Shown here: positions 12,780 through 22,242 of the stretch, one piece after another
Layout of the letters: each line of letters starts with the position of its first letter
How positions within the stretch are numbered: the first letter of the stretch is position 1
Assembly (NCBI GenBank): GCA_963714735.1
Contig: CAVQPI010000012.1
Coordinates: 295,806-359,805, forward strand
DNA from: an uncultured Alphaproteobacteria bacterium
GTDB lineage: Bacteria > Pseudomonadota > Alphaproteobacteria > Rhizobiales > Rhizobiaceae
Direction: 5' to 3'
Length of the DNA: 64,000 nucleotides
The notes under the pieces: model-generated
Told to the model about the DNA's origin: nothing
The model's database searches: none
Seen by the model: the letters and a program-made list of their open reading frames with translations, nothing else
Position numbers and translations under genes: made by a program

Positions 12780-14030
12780 CTAGTAGGTTTCGACATGGTA
12801 TCGGCCCTCTTCACGCAATGTGTCACGCAAAGCGCTCCAGGGTTGACCAATGCCTTCTGCAATCGAGGACAAGGCTTCCTCGACACCCTGTTCCATCGCG
12901 CGCAAGCCGCAAATGTATATATGCAAGGCCGGATCACACAATAATTCGGCAATCGCCTCTTCATTATCGCGCAAGGCATCCTGAACATATTGTTTGGGCT
13001 GACCTTCCTGCCGGCTGAATGCCAGATGCTGTATCAACATGTTTTTCGGAACCTTCTTCAAAGGCCCGAAATAAGGCAGGGATTCGGGTGTCCGCGCGCC
13101 AAACACAAGGGTCATTGGCGCTTCACCGTCGTGTGAATAATTTGCGCGCTGGCGCTGCATTGTAAAGGCACGAAACGGTGCGGAACCGGTTCCGGTGCAA
13201 ATCATCAGCATTTTCGCGTTCTGGTCATTCGGCATCAGGAAAGTGGAACCGAATGGTCCGGTAATGCGTACCTTGTCGCCCTTGTTCAGATCACAGACGT
13301 AGTTCGAGCAAATGCCGCTTGTCTCACGTTTCACCGTGAGGGAGATATTGTTGTAATTGGGACGCTCGCCATCACGCGGGCTGGATATCGAATAGAGTCT
13401 AGGGAGGTGAGGTTTGCCATCCTTGTCTTCACCGGGCGGAATGATACCGATACTTTGGCCTTCCAGCACGGGAAATGGCAATGAGCCCAGATCAAGGATA
13501 ATGTGGCGGACATCATGATCGGGATCCTTCGTCAGGGAGTAATTTCCCTGTACGGTGGCTTCAGCAGGATTGCCAAGGTTATAAAGGTTTATGCTCGGTT
13601 TGGCAGCCGATACAGGTGCTTTCGCCCTGCCCCCGGCTCCTGAATGGGCTTCCGCAAGAAGGGCCGCTATCGCACCATCCAGCGCTTCAATGGACGTGTC
13701 CGCCTCCGATGCCGTCGACGAAAACTCCTCCTGTTCGGGAAGTTCCATCCATTCGAACTGTTCTTCAACAGAGTATGGCGAGGTGACAACCCGCCATTCA
13801 TCGATTGAACCCGTCGGACAGACCGGAATGCAGTCCATACAGAAATTGCACTTTGAATAGTCCACGACGACATTGTCGTCATTGTGGGTAATCGCCTCGA
13901 TCGGGCATGTCGCTTCGCAGGTATAACAACGAATGCAGATTTCCGGATCAATGAGATGCTGTTTAACGGGTGATGTCATGTCTTGCCATGCTTCCATGTA
14001 AAGATTTGTCGGCAAGTCATGCTGCCGCAC
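12780..14030 (-). CDS. boxA: benzoyl-CoA 2,3-epoxidase reductase component BoxA (2x[4Fe-4S] ferredoxin plus FNR-like domain)
   Basis: Two CxxCxxCxxxCP motifs at the N-terminus and a ferredoxin-NADP reductase-like C-terminus. 416 aa. Confidence 0.85.
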   Translation of the reverse strand: MRQHDLPTNLYMEAWQDMTSPVKQHLIDPEICIRCYTCEATCPIEAITHNDDNVVVDYSKCNFCMDCIPVCPTGSIDEWRVVTSPYSVEEQFEWMELPEQEEFSSTASEADTSIEALDGAIAALLAEAHSGAGGRAKAPVSAAKPSINLYNLGNPAEATVQGNYSLTKDPDHDVRHIILDLGSLPFPVLEGQSIGIIPPGEDKDGKPHLPRLYSISSPRDGERPNYNNISLTVKRETSGICSNYVCDLNKGDKVRITGPFGSTFLMPNDQNAKMLMICTGTGSAPFRAFTMQRQRANYSHDGEAPMTLVFGARTPESLPYFGPLKKVPKNMLIQHLAFSRQEGQPKQYVQDALRDNEEAIAELLCDPALHIYICGLRAMEQGVEEALSSIAEGIGQPWSALRDTLREEGRYHVETY

Positions 14031-14087
14031 GGGTGGGAGTGCTGCATTGGCAGCCCCACCCTTATATCTTCCAATTCCGTTGCGCCA

Positions 14088-15539
14088 TCAAGCCATGTGC
14101 AGTTTTACGTATTCAAAGTCGCCAGGCTTGTTGTCGATTCCGACTTTTGGCGGTGCAATCCAGCCCGCATATTTGCCCGGCTCAAAGCAGGGTTTCATTA
14201 GCGACTGGATAAAATCACCATCGGCCTTTGAGGGGATCCACTGATCCTTTTTTGCGTCAAACTCTTCCTGCGAGAGCAGATTGCCATCGGGATCAATCGG
14301 CTGGCCCTTGAAGACACCAATATCACGGTGGAAACCCTCATGCGGCAAGGTGAGTTCAAACTCGATGCCGGACTTGGAGATGATCTTGTTCCATCGGCCA
14401 ACACCGCCGGACGCATCCCGCTTGTAATCATCGCGCAGACGCATGTTGATGGCGGTCAAGGCCGGTGCTTCCATCATTTGTATTTTGCCATCCACCATCT
14501 GAACCACCGGATAAGTCGCATTGGTCAGCCTGTGGTCATCATCAAGGCGATGCTCCATGTAGCGCCCCTTGATACCCGCGTTAAAGGCGTTGGCCGCATT
14601 GGTAGAGACTTCCTGGCCAAACAGGTCAAGCGAGAGCGTATAGTGCACGTTCAGCTTCTTTTGAATGGTTGGCAGATCAATCACACCAAGATCGCGGATT
14701 TTGTTGATGTCATAGGGGTCGGTTATCCCGGCATCGTTCATGGCCTGGCAGGTGCGCTCAACGATACGGCCAACGCCGGTCTCGCCCACAAACATGTGGT
14801 GAGCCTCTTCGGTTAACATGAAACGGCACGTCCTTGACAGTGGGTCGAAACCGGACTGAGCAAGGCTTTCAAGCTGCATCTTGCCGTCACGGTCCGTAAA
14901 ATACGTGAACATGAAGAAGGACAGCCAGTCAGGTGTTTCCTCGTTGAAGGCTCCGAGCATGCGAGGTGCCTCGTCCGAACCGGAGGAACGGCGAAGCAAT
15001 TCCTCACTCTCTTCGCGGCCATTGCGACCAAAGTATTTCTGCAGAAGATAAACCATTGCCCACAGGTGGCGGCCCTCTTCCACATTGACCTGAAACAGGT
15101 TGCGCAGGTCATAAAGCGAAGGTGCGGTATTGCCAAGGAAGCGCTGCTGCTCAACCGATCCCGGCTCCGTGTCACCCTGAATAACAATCAGGCGCTGAAG
15201 CATTGCGCGGTATTCACCGGGAACTTCCTGCCAGGCTTTTTCGCCTGCATGTTCACCGCACGGAATGACACGATCCTCAACCTGTGGCGCCAGCAGGATG
15301 CCCCAACGGTATTCGGGCATTTTTACATAGTCGAATTTTGCCCAACCCTTGGGATCAACGCTGACAGCAGTACGCAGGTAAACGAGGGACTTCTGGAAAT
15401 CCTGGGGAATAAGGTCGTTCCACCAGTTGATGTAACCGGGATGCCACTTCTCGAGCGCCTTTTGGACGCGCTTGTCGGATGAAAGGCCGACATTGTTCGG
15501 GATAAGGGTATCATATTCTACATTGACCAGATCAAGCAT
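14088..15539 (-). CDS. boxB: benzoyl-CoA 2,3-epoxidase oxygenase component BoxB (diiron)
   Basis: 483 aa with a characteristic BoxB N-terminus and diiron ligand helices (EEGRHLWAM, EEAHHMF). Confidence 0.85.
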   Translation of the reverse strand: MLDLVNVEYDTLIPNNVGLSSDKRVQKALEKWHPGYINWWNDLIPQDFQKSLVYLRTAVSVDPKGWAKFDYVKMPEYRWGILLAPQVEDRVIPCGEHAGEKAWQEVPGEYRAMLQRLIVIQGDTEPGSVEQQRFLGNTAPSLYDLRNLFQVNVEEGRHLWAMVYLLQKYFGRNGREESEELLRRSSGSDEAPRMLGAFNEETPDWLSFFMFTYFTDRDGKMQLESLAQSGFDPLSRTCRFMLTEEAHHMFVGETGVGRIVERTCQAMNDAGITDPYDINKIRDLGVIDLPTIQKKLNVHYTLSLDLFGQEVSTNAANAFNAGIKGRYMEHRLDDDHRLTNATYPVVQMVDGKIQMMEAPALTAINMRLRDDYKRDASGGVGRWNKIISKSGIEFELTLPHEGFHRDIGVFKGQPIDPDGNLLSQEEFDAKKDQWIPSKADGDFIQSLMKPCFEPGKYAGWIAPPKVGIDNKPGDFEYVKLHMA

Positions 15540-15580
15540 GGTTATCTCCTGTAATTCTTCATTTAGCCAGCTTCACGCTG

Positions 15581-17245
15581 TCAAACGCGTTTCATGTCAT
15601 ATTCGCCGCGACGGCCGGAGCCGTATCGCTGCAAGGCGCCCGCTTCACCAACTGCATTGGGGCGCTGGAAAATCCAATTCTGCCAGGCAGTCAGGCGGCC
15701 AAAAATCCGTGTCTCCATGGTTTCCGGTCCGGGGAAGCGCAGATTTGCCTCCATGCCGGTCATGGCATCCGGTGAGAAGCTGGCCCGCTCTTCAAGGAAA
15801 ATGCGGATTTCGTCGTCCCAGTCGATCTCGTCGAACGCGAAGGTAACAAGGCCGAGTTCCTCGGCATCGAATGCCTCCAGCGCCCTGCCCTTTTCCTCTT
15901 CAGCCTCGGCCACCTTTTCAGGCTCTCCCAAGAAACGGGTTTCGAGGCGGCTCAAATCATTGGACATTGGAAGCAGGCCGAAATTGGCGCTTGTCAGGGT
16001 AATTGCGGCGACCGGCCGATTGTCACCCTCGAAATCACCTTCCATCATGTAGCTGCGGTCAACGGCGAACAGAAGCTCGGCCAAAATGCCCGCAAAGCAG
16101 GAGCCGTTCTCAACCAGCGCGACCAAAGAGCGTGATGTCAGATCAACGCGCTTGAGAACACGCTTCCAGTAAAGCAGGATTTCATTGGAAAGCCAGTCCG
16201 CCTTGCGGTTTTCCATCAGGAATGCCTCATGGGCAACGACCTTTTGCGGATCGCCGGCAGTCTTGAAGACGAGCACTCCGGTTTCCAGTTCATTCAGACG
16301 AAGGTGCAAAATCGCATCATCGAGTTCACGGGCAAGCCTCAATGCCCATGTGGATGCGCCTTGTGAGTGCAATTCATCGACAGATGCCGGCGCGTCACCA
16401 TCAGGGCCGGAAAGCGTGATCGTCGCTAAACCCTTGTCGCGCTCGATTTTCACTTCAACCAGAGAATAGGTCAGCGATCCATCCTCGTCGATCTTGCGAT
16501 CCAACGGGGTCAGCTCGATCCCCTTGAGCTGTTTGCCGCCTTTTGCCTTGGTCCCGATTTCCAGAGCCCGGTTGGCAACGAATTCATCGAATTTCGAATT
16601 GGCAACAACCTCGTCAACAAGACGCCAGTCCTTTGCGCGCTTGCCCTTGATACCTTCCTCGAATGAGCAGAAAACATCGGCAAGGTCACGGCGTACCTTG
16701 CGCTTGTCAGTGACACGCGTCAGGCCGCCCGTTCCAGGCAACACTGCCAACAGTGGCACTTCGGGCAGTGCTACAGAGGTTGAACTGTCGTCGGTCATGT
16801 AGATTTCGTCACAGGCCAGAGCCAGTTCGTATCCGCCGCCTGCGCAAGCGCCCCTGACCGCAGCAAGGTAATGCTGACCGGATTCAGCACCAGCGGCCTC
16901 GAATGTGTTGCGCGTTTCATTCGTGAATTTGCAGAAATTGACCTTGTGGGCATGTGCAGCGCCACCCAGCATTCGAATATTGGCTCCCGCACAGAAAACC
17001 CGCTCCTTACCGGATTGCATGACAACAGCACCGACTTCGGGATGCTCGAAACGCATGCGCTGAACGACATCAGCAAGTTCGATGTCGACTCCAAGATCGT
17101 ACGAATTCAGCTTGAGCTCATAACCTTCAAACAATCCGCCGGTTTCATCCACATCCATAATGAGCCGTGCCACTGGTCCGTCATATTCCACCTTCCAGTG
17201 GCGATACTTTGAAGGGTTGGTCTGAAATTCGATTGTTTTTGACAT
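15581..17245 (-). CDS. boxC: 2,3-epoxybenzoyl-CoA dihydrolase BoxC (crotonase superfamily)
   Basis: 554 aa with an enoyl-CoA hydratase-like fold, at the size and position typical for BoxC downstream of boxB. Confidence 0.8.
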   Translation of the reverse strand: MSKTIEFQTNPSKYRHWKVEYDGPVARLIMDVDETGGLFEGYELKLNSYDLGVDIELADVVQRMRFEHPEVGAVVMQSGKERVFCAGANIRMLGGAAHAHKVNFCKFTNETRNTFEAAGAESGQHYLAAVRGACAGGGYELALACDEIYMTDDSSTSVALPEVPLLAVLPGTGGLTRVTDKRKVRRDLADVFCSFEEGIKGKRAKDWRLVDEVVANSKFDEFVANRALEIGTKAKGGKQLKGIELTPLDRKIDEDGSLTYSLVEVKIERDKGLATITLSGPDGDAPASVDELHSQGASTWALRLARELDDAILHLRLNELETGVLVFKTAGDPQKVVAHEAFLMENRKADWLSNEILLYWKRVLKRVDLTSRSLVALVENGSCFAGILAELLFAVDRSYMMEGDFEGDNRPVAAITLTSANFGLLPMSNDLSRLETRFLGEPEKVAEAEEEKGRALEAFDAEELGLVTFAFDEIDWDDEIRIFLEERASFSPDAMTGMEANLRFPGPETMETRIFGRLTAWQNWIFQRPNAVGEAGALQRYGSGRRGEYDMKRV

Positions 17246-17378
17246 TTAGTTCTCCCGCTTCGGCAAAAGCCGAATGCTGCTCCATCCGGATACGGACTAT
17301 ACTGCAACAACGCTCCAATTCAAGCAGTATTTTGCACTTATTTGACGGTATTTTTATCTTAATCACGTAATATATGTA

Positions 17379-17897
17379 TTATATTGCATAATTTGGAGTG
17401 ATTTGGATAATTCTGCCTTTTACGAAATCGTTCAATGCGAGTGATTCCAGTTCTGCAGGACATAGTCCCATCAGTTTATGTGCATGGTCGGCTGATCGCT
17501 CCTCATCATTGCCGCCTCTGGCCCGCTGCAGGGAGGTTGCGGCAATCCGGCAAAGGCGCTCAGCAGCCATCGGTCTTTCCATCCGAAACTTAAGGCAGGC
17601 GTTGGCCAAGTGAATGACCGCCTGCACGAGATGTTTTTCACGGCTATTTGGCGCTGAATTCATCCAGACCGTTTCCAGCACCTCGTGGCACTCCCAGTAA
17701 AACCCGCGATTGAACAGGATCAGTCCGTAATTCCACGCTATATTGCAATATGCGCCCGCATTCGTGGTCTGCTTTGGTGCCCGCTCGCAAATGGCATCAA
17801 GAAACATCGGATCATGGCGGCTGTTTTTGCCGGGAACATGAGAATAATCCGGGAGTGGCAAGTGTTGAGCATCTTGCGGTGAGCAGCTCATCGTCAT
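17379..17897 (-). CDS. DUF309-domain protein
   Basis: Conserved DUF309 core FNRGFYWECHEVLE. Confidence 0.55.
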   Translation of the reverse strand: MTMSCSPQDAQHLPLPDYSHVPGKNSRHDPMFLDAICERAPKQTTNAGAYCNIAWNYGLILFNRGFYWECHEVLETVWMNSAPNSREKHLVQAVIHLANACLKFRMERPMAAERLCRIAATSLQRARGGNDEERSADHAHKLMGLCPAELESLALNDFVKGRIIQITPNYAI

Positions 17898-18721
17898 GCG
17901 ATGATGACTTCCTCGTTTTCAATTCGTTCGAGCCGCTCACAAAATTCGCTGACCGTATCCAGCAATGCCTGTGGCTGTTCGACATGAGGCGAATGTTTGC
18001 AATTCGGAATGATCTCCACATCAACCGGTGAATAGATACGTTCCTCGATTTCCCTTATCTGGGCAATGGTGCCGTACTGATCGTCTTCACCCTGAACGGC
18101 CAATACCGGAATGCGAAGATAGTCAATGCTGTCCGCGATATTCCAGTCCCTGAAATCCGGATTAAGCCAAACCCCGTTCCAGCCCAAAAATGCATTGTCC
18201 GGGTCCTTGTGATATTTTCCGAGCTTGTCCCTTAAATCGGTCAGCCGATACGAATCTGCGGCGGCCGCAATACTCGAGAGTCCCTCATCCTCGGTGAAAA
18301 AATGCGGTGCAATCAGCACCAGCCCCCTCACCCGGAAATCCTCAACACCGCCTGCATAGATTGCGGCTATTGACGCGCCATCACTATGACCGAGCAGAAT
18401 CCCGGATTGAAAACCGATTGCGTCCAGTATTTTTGGCAAGACATCGAAGGCTTCCCGGTGCATGTAGTCCACGTTTCGTGGCAGTGTCACAGGGTCGGAG
18501 TGGCCATATCCGGCCCGTGAATAGACGAAGACACCCAAGCCCGTACTGGCAGCGAGCTTCTGTGGAAACTCCCGCCAAAGGGCAATACAGCCAAGGCCTT
18601 CATGCAGCATGACAATTGTCGGCGCAGCTTTTGGCGATGGGCCGTAACATACAGCCTCCAACTGAACGCCGTCAATTCTTACCGATGACAGCTCACCCTC
18701 GTTCCAATCAAAACCGTTCAT
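17894..18721 (-). CDS. alpha/beta-fold hydrolase (putative lactone/ester hydrolase of the box cluster)
   Basis: Nucleophile elbow GHSDG. 275 aa. A 4-nt overlap with the upstream gene suggests translational coupling. Confidence 0.7.
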   Translation of the reverse strand: MNGFDWNEGELSSVRIDGVQLEAVCYGPSPKAAPTIVMLHEGLGCIALWREFPQKLAASTGLGVFVYSRAGYGHSDPVTLPRNVDYMHREAFDVLPKILDAIGFQSGILLGHSDGASIAAIYAGGVEDFRVRGLVLIAPHFFTEDEGLSSIAAAADSYRLTDLRDKLGKYHKDPDNAFLGWNGVWLNPDFRDWNIADSIDYLRIPVLAVQGEDDQYGTIAQIREIEERIYSPVDVEIIPNCKHSPHVEQPQALLDTVSEFCERLERIENEEVIIA

Positions 18722-18727
18722 ATCAGT

Positions 18728-20260
18728 TCACCGCAATTTGAATCGCTGGATTTTTCCGGTAGCTGTTTTTGGCAGGTCCGGAACGAATTCGATCCAACGG
18801 GGATATTTCCACTTCCCGATCGAAATCTTTACGTGCTCCTTCAGTTCCCCTGCCAATCCGTCGCTGCTCACACCGTCCTTGAGAATGACAAAAGCTTTCG
18901 GCTTTTCGAGGTTGTCGTCGTCTTTTGCCGGAACCACAGCCGCTTCAAGAACACCGGGATGGGCTATCAGTGCCTGCTCAACCTCGAAAGGTGAAACCCA
19001 GATGCCGGAAACCTTGAACATGTCATCTGTGCGACCGCTATAGATGTAACGACCCGAGGCGGTGCGCTCATACTTGTCGCCCGTGCGGGTCCACTCCCCC
19101 TCAAATGTCGTCCGAGATTTCTCCCTCTGGTTCCAATAGTCACTCGCAGCAGAGCCGCCCCTGACCAGAAGTTCGCCAATTTCGCCGTCAGCAACATCAG
19201 CGCCCTTTTCATCAACAAGACGCACATCATAACCTGGAACCGCCGTTCCGGAGGTGCCGTATTCAATATTTCCAGGCGCATTGGACAGAAAGATGTGGAG
19301 CATTTCCGTTGACCCAACTCCGTCGAGAATTTGAGAGCCTGTCTGTCCTTCCCAGCGATCACCAACCGCCTTTGGCAGAGCCTCCCCGGCGGAAATACAA
19401 CGCCGGGGAGCTTGTTCAAGTTTCTGGCTGCCGTTTTCAAGCGCGGCTACCATTGCAGCAAACAGTGTGGGTGCGCCGCAAAACAGAGAGGGCTTGTGAC
19501 GGTTCATCACTTCGAAAATCGTGTCTGGTGTAGGCCTCGCCGGATACAAAATGGCTGTTGCGCCAACCGACATCGGAAATGTCATGGAGTTTCCAAGCCC
19601 ATAGGCAAAGAACAGTTTCGCAGCCGAGAACACCACGTCGTCCGGCCTGACCTCCAGAACCTTTAGCCCGTATGTGTCGGCAGTGAATTTCAAACTGGAA
19701 TGAACATGGCGCACACCCTTGGGCTGACCGGTGGAACCGGACGAATAGAGCCAGAAGGCCGTCTCGTCTGCCGAAGCCTGTATGGCCGGCCTTGATGCGC
19801 CCTTTGCGAGTTCAGTAGCGAAGTCATGACAGCCATCGGGTGTTTTGCCTCCAATAACAAAAACACTTTTCAGGAAGGGATGATCATTCAACAATGGCGC
19901 GACCACATCAAACAGCTCATGACTGACAAACAGCGAGGTAGCTCGGCTGTCCATGAAAATGCTAGCGTAAACATCCGTTGCAAGAAGCGTGTTGAGGGCA
20001 ATCGGAATAATGCCAGCCTTTATGCCCCCCCAGAAAATTACAGGAAACTCGATCTGGTCGAGTACCAGAACCACCACACGCTCTTCACGCCGGATTTCAT
20101 GGCGATCAAAAAGATCTGCCATTTTGCCGCTTTCTTCTGCCAATTCTCGATAGGTAATGCTGCGACCGCCCTGCTGACCCTCAATAAAGGCAGGTTTGTC
20201 AGCAGCACTTCCTTCGCCATTGCGGTCCACAAACCAGACCGCAGAATTTTCATTGACCAT
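18728..20260 (-). CDS. bclA: benzoate-CoA ligase (adenylate-forming enzyme)
   Basis: AMP-binding motifs (YSSGSTGQPKG, GYG.TE, K at the C-terminus). The preferred start is MVNENSAV at 20260, preceded by the RBS GGGAGGGAGAAACA. The listed ORF extends to 20326. Confidence 0.85.
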   Translation of the reverse strand: MVNENSAVWFVDRNGEGSAADKPAFIEGQQGGRSITYRELAEESGKMADLFDRHEIRREERVVVLVLDQIEFPVIFWGGIKAGIIPIALNTLLATDVYASIFMDSRATSLFVSHELFDVVAPLLNDHPFLKSVFVIGGKTPDGCHDFATELAKGASRPAIQASADETAFWLYSSGSTGQPKGVRHVHSSLKFTADTYGLKVLEVRPDDVVFSAAKLFFAYGLGNSMTFPMSVGATAILYPARPTPDTIFEVMNRHKPSLFCGAPTLFAAMVAALENGSQKLEQAPRRCISAGEALPKAVGDRWEGQTGSQILDGVGSTEMLHIFLSNAPGNIEYGTSGTAVPGYDVRLVDEKGADVADGEIGELLVRGGSAASDYWNQREKSRTTFEGEWTRTGDKYERTASGRYIYSGRTDDMFKVSGIWVSPFEVEQALIAHPGVLEAAVVPAKDDDNLEKPKAFVILKDGVSSDGLAGELKEHVKISIGKWKYPRWIEFVPDLPKTATGKIQRFKLR

Positions 20261-20287
20261 TGTTTCTCCCTCCCAGGATGTCAGAAT

Positions 20288-20305
20288 TATGCATTTTATT
20301 GCATA
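20288..20305. promoter_or_regulatory. candidate BoxR/BzdR-type operator: palindrome TATGCATTTTATTGCATA (TGCA-N6-TGCA)
   Basis: A perfect inverted half-site pair 28-45 nt upstream of the bclA start. TGCA-N6-TGCA is the reported BzdR/BoxR operator architecture. Confidence 0.5.
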
Positions 20306-20508
20306 TTCACTGACGGAAAATTCCATTTCGGTAAATGTTTAACGGATTTCATAAGCTTGTTTCAAGATGAAAAGCATTATTTTGCACAATTGGTAGGGGT
20401 TTGTGACACCAATAGGACTTTTGCAATGGCTTTTGCCAATTGGAAAAATTTCGATTTACGTCAAATTTTTGCTGTTTCTGTGCGCCAGATTGGCGTGAAG
20501 GAGAAAAA

Positions 20509-20589
20509 AATGAAATTTCAACACTGGTTCGTATTTCTCTTGGCTGGTTTCATCGTAATGACCCAGGCAACGCTGAGCCACACGATATA
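20509..20589 (+). CDS. possible small hydrophobic peptide (26 aa, MKFQHWFVFLLAGFIVMTQATLSHTI)
   Basis: A strong RBS (AAGGAGAAAAAA) immediately precedes the ATG. It is a single predicted TM helix, divergent from bclA. Confidence 0.25.
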
Positions 20590-20879
20590 AATCAGCATTC
20601 GGGGTTTTCCCTGACCCTGCCAACAGCCCAGCCTTAACGAGGCAAAGCCAGCAAAAGGCTTGGCGTACCACTTTGTGTCATTATCATTCCGAAAGGCATC
20701 TAAATGAAGAATGCCGCGAAACATGGAGCAATTTGCGTTCCGCGGTCAATTCACTCTTCATCACATCTTACCAGATACCACAACCAAGCTTAAATCGACC
20801 TTCCGGAAGTGTCTTGCCTCCCGGGATTACAGACAAGGTACGAGGCTAATTACTTTCATGAAAACAATTTAATAACAAA

Positions 20880-21221
20880 ATGGATTTGTACGAATTCTGC
20901 TTTATCATGTTCCTTGCGTTGTCGCCCGTAATCCTGCTGATCAAGTTCTGGTGCGGACGGCCAAGATGGTGGCTGGTGATTCTTCTGATAACTATTCTTG
21001 GCTGGTTTTTCTGGCTTTCAGCCTTTGTCTTCTACCAGCTACATATATCGGACCTGATCGCCCAAGGCGCAGAGCTTCCCGATGGATGGGACAGTGATGG
21101 GGCAGCGGGCGTGTTTGCCCTGTTATTCGGCTGGCTTATTTCAATAATATACTTCCTGCCATGGTTCGCAGTGTACGGACTTGCCGACACAACAAGACGG
21201 TTCATTCGCGGAAGCTCCTGA
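20880..21221 (+). CDS. hypothetical small integral membrane protein (about 4 TM)
   Basis: 113 aa, strongly hydrophobic segments, no recognisable motif. Confidence 0.4.
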   Translation: MDLYEFCFIMFLALSPVILLIKFWCGRPRWWLVILLITILGWFFWLSAFVFYQLHISDLIAQGAELPDGWDSDGAAGVFALLFGWLISIIYFLPWFAVYGLADTTRRFIRGSS

Positions 21222-21411
21222 AAGCAGTATGCGACTGGAACGGGTTCCTGCCTGCTCATCGACCTGAGGTGCGAACCTTCGAGTGGCATGATCAGATTCC
21301 AAGCGCCCACACATGGTGCAGACCTGTTCGGCTTCGACAACCCGGTCCACCGGCGAACCCCCGTGTTTGGAAACGCCATTGCCCGTGGACAGGCCGATGC
21401 TGCGGGTGGCA

Positions 21412-22242
21412 TCAGGCGCGCGCGTGCATGGTCTTTTCGGCAAAAGCGCCTATCTCACTCAGGGCGGCAGTGGCCGAACCCAGTATGCTGAAGACCGAGA
21501 AGATGTGCATTCGTTCCTTGTAGAGGGTCAACGTCACATCCACACCCCCTTTCCGCGCAGCATCGGCCAGGCGGCGTGCGTCATCGACCAGAACCTCATC
21601 CTCGGCAGCTTGAACCAGCAAGGGCACAAGTCCGGAAAAGTCACCATAGACCGGCGAAACCAGAGGGTGGCGGGCGAACTGATTCTGGAAATAGCCGCTT
21701 GCCATGAAGGTCAGGATATCGCGGTCGATGATTGGGTCCTGCCCTTCTCTCGCGTCGATACTGGGGCTGGACAGGCTGTTGTCGGCAAGTGGCGACAGCA
21801 CGGCGATGCCAGCCGGCAGGGGCATGCCTGCGTCACGCAGCTTCATGACCGCCGCTACCGCGAGTCCGCCTCCGAGCAGAATTCGCCGCTAAACAAGATA
21901 TTGCAAGGCTGATGACCCTGATCCAGTAGCCAGCGATACGCGGCAACCGTGTCGTCAAGAGCCGCCGGGAAAAGGGTGTTCAGGTGCCAGACGGTAATCC
22001 AGTGCAAGGCAGCGGCCATCAACTGCGAGTGCCAACCGCTCTGCATATTCGAGCGAAGATGCGGCCGATCCGAAGGCCAGTCCACCGCCATGCAAGTGCA
22101 AAACGACGCGTTGTCGGCCTGTCTTTTCCGGATCGACCCATAGCGCTTGGGCCAGACCGATGTTCACGCGCTGCTGAGACGTTGTCGATCGTGGCGTGAA
22201 CTGGCTGAAAAACCGGTCATAGCCGCGGCGCAGGCCACGGAT
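21412..22242 (-). CDS. alpha/beta hydrolase fold-3 esterase/lipase (HSL family), broken by apparent frameshifts; the N-terminus is read in-frame with the upstream monooxygenase
   Basis: An oxyanion-hole HGGG motif (VVLHLHGGGLAFG) at the end of ORF 21955-23397. Middle and C-terminal pieces at 21855-22091 and 21412-21846. Confidence 0.55.

Noticed and set aside
12388-17370. Numerous 60-160-aa plus-strand ORFs antisense to boxA/boxB/boxC and other minus-strand genes
   Set aside because: These are expected shadow ORFs in high-GC coding regions. They have no RBS or motif support.
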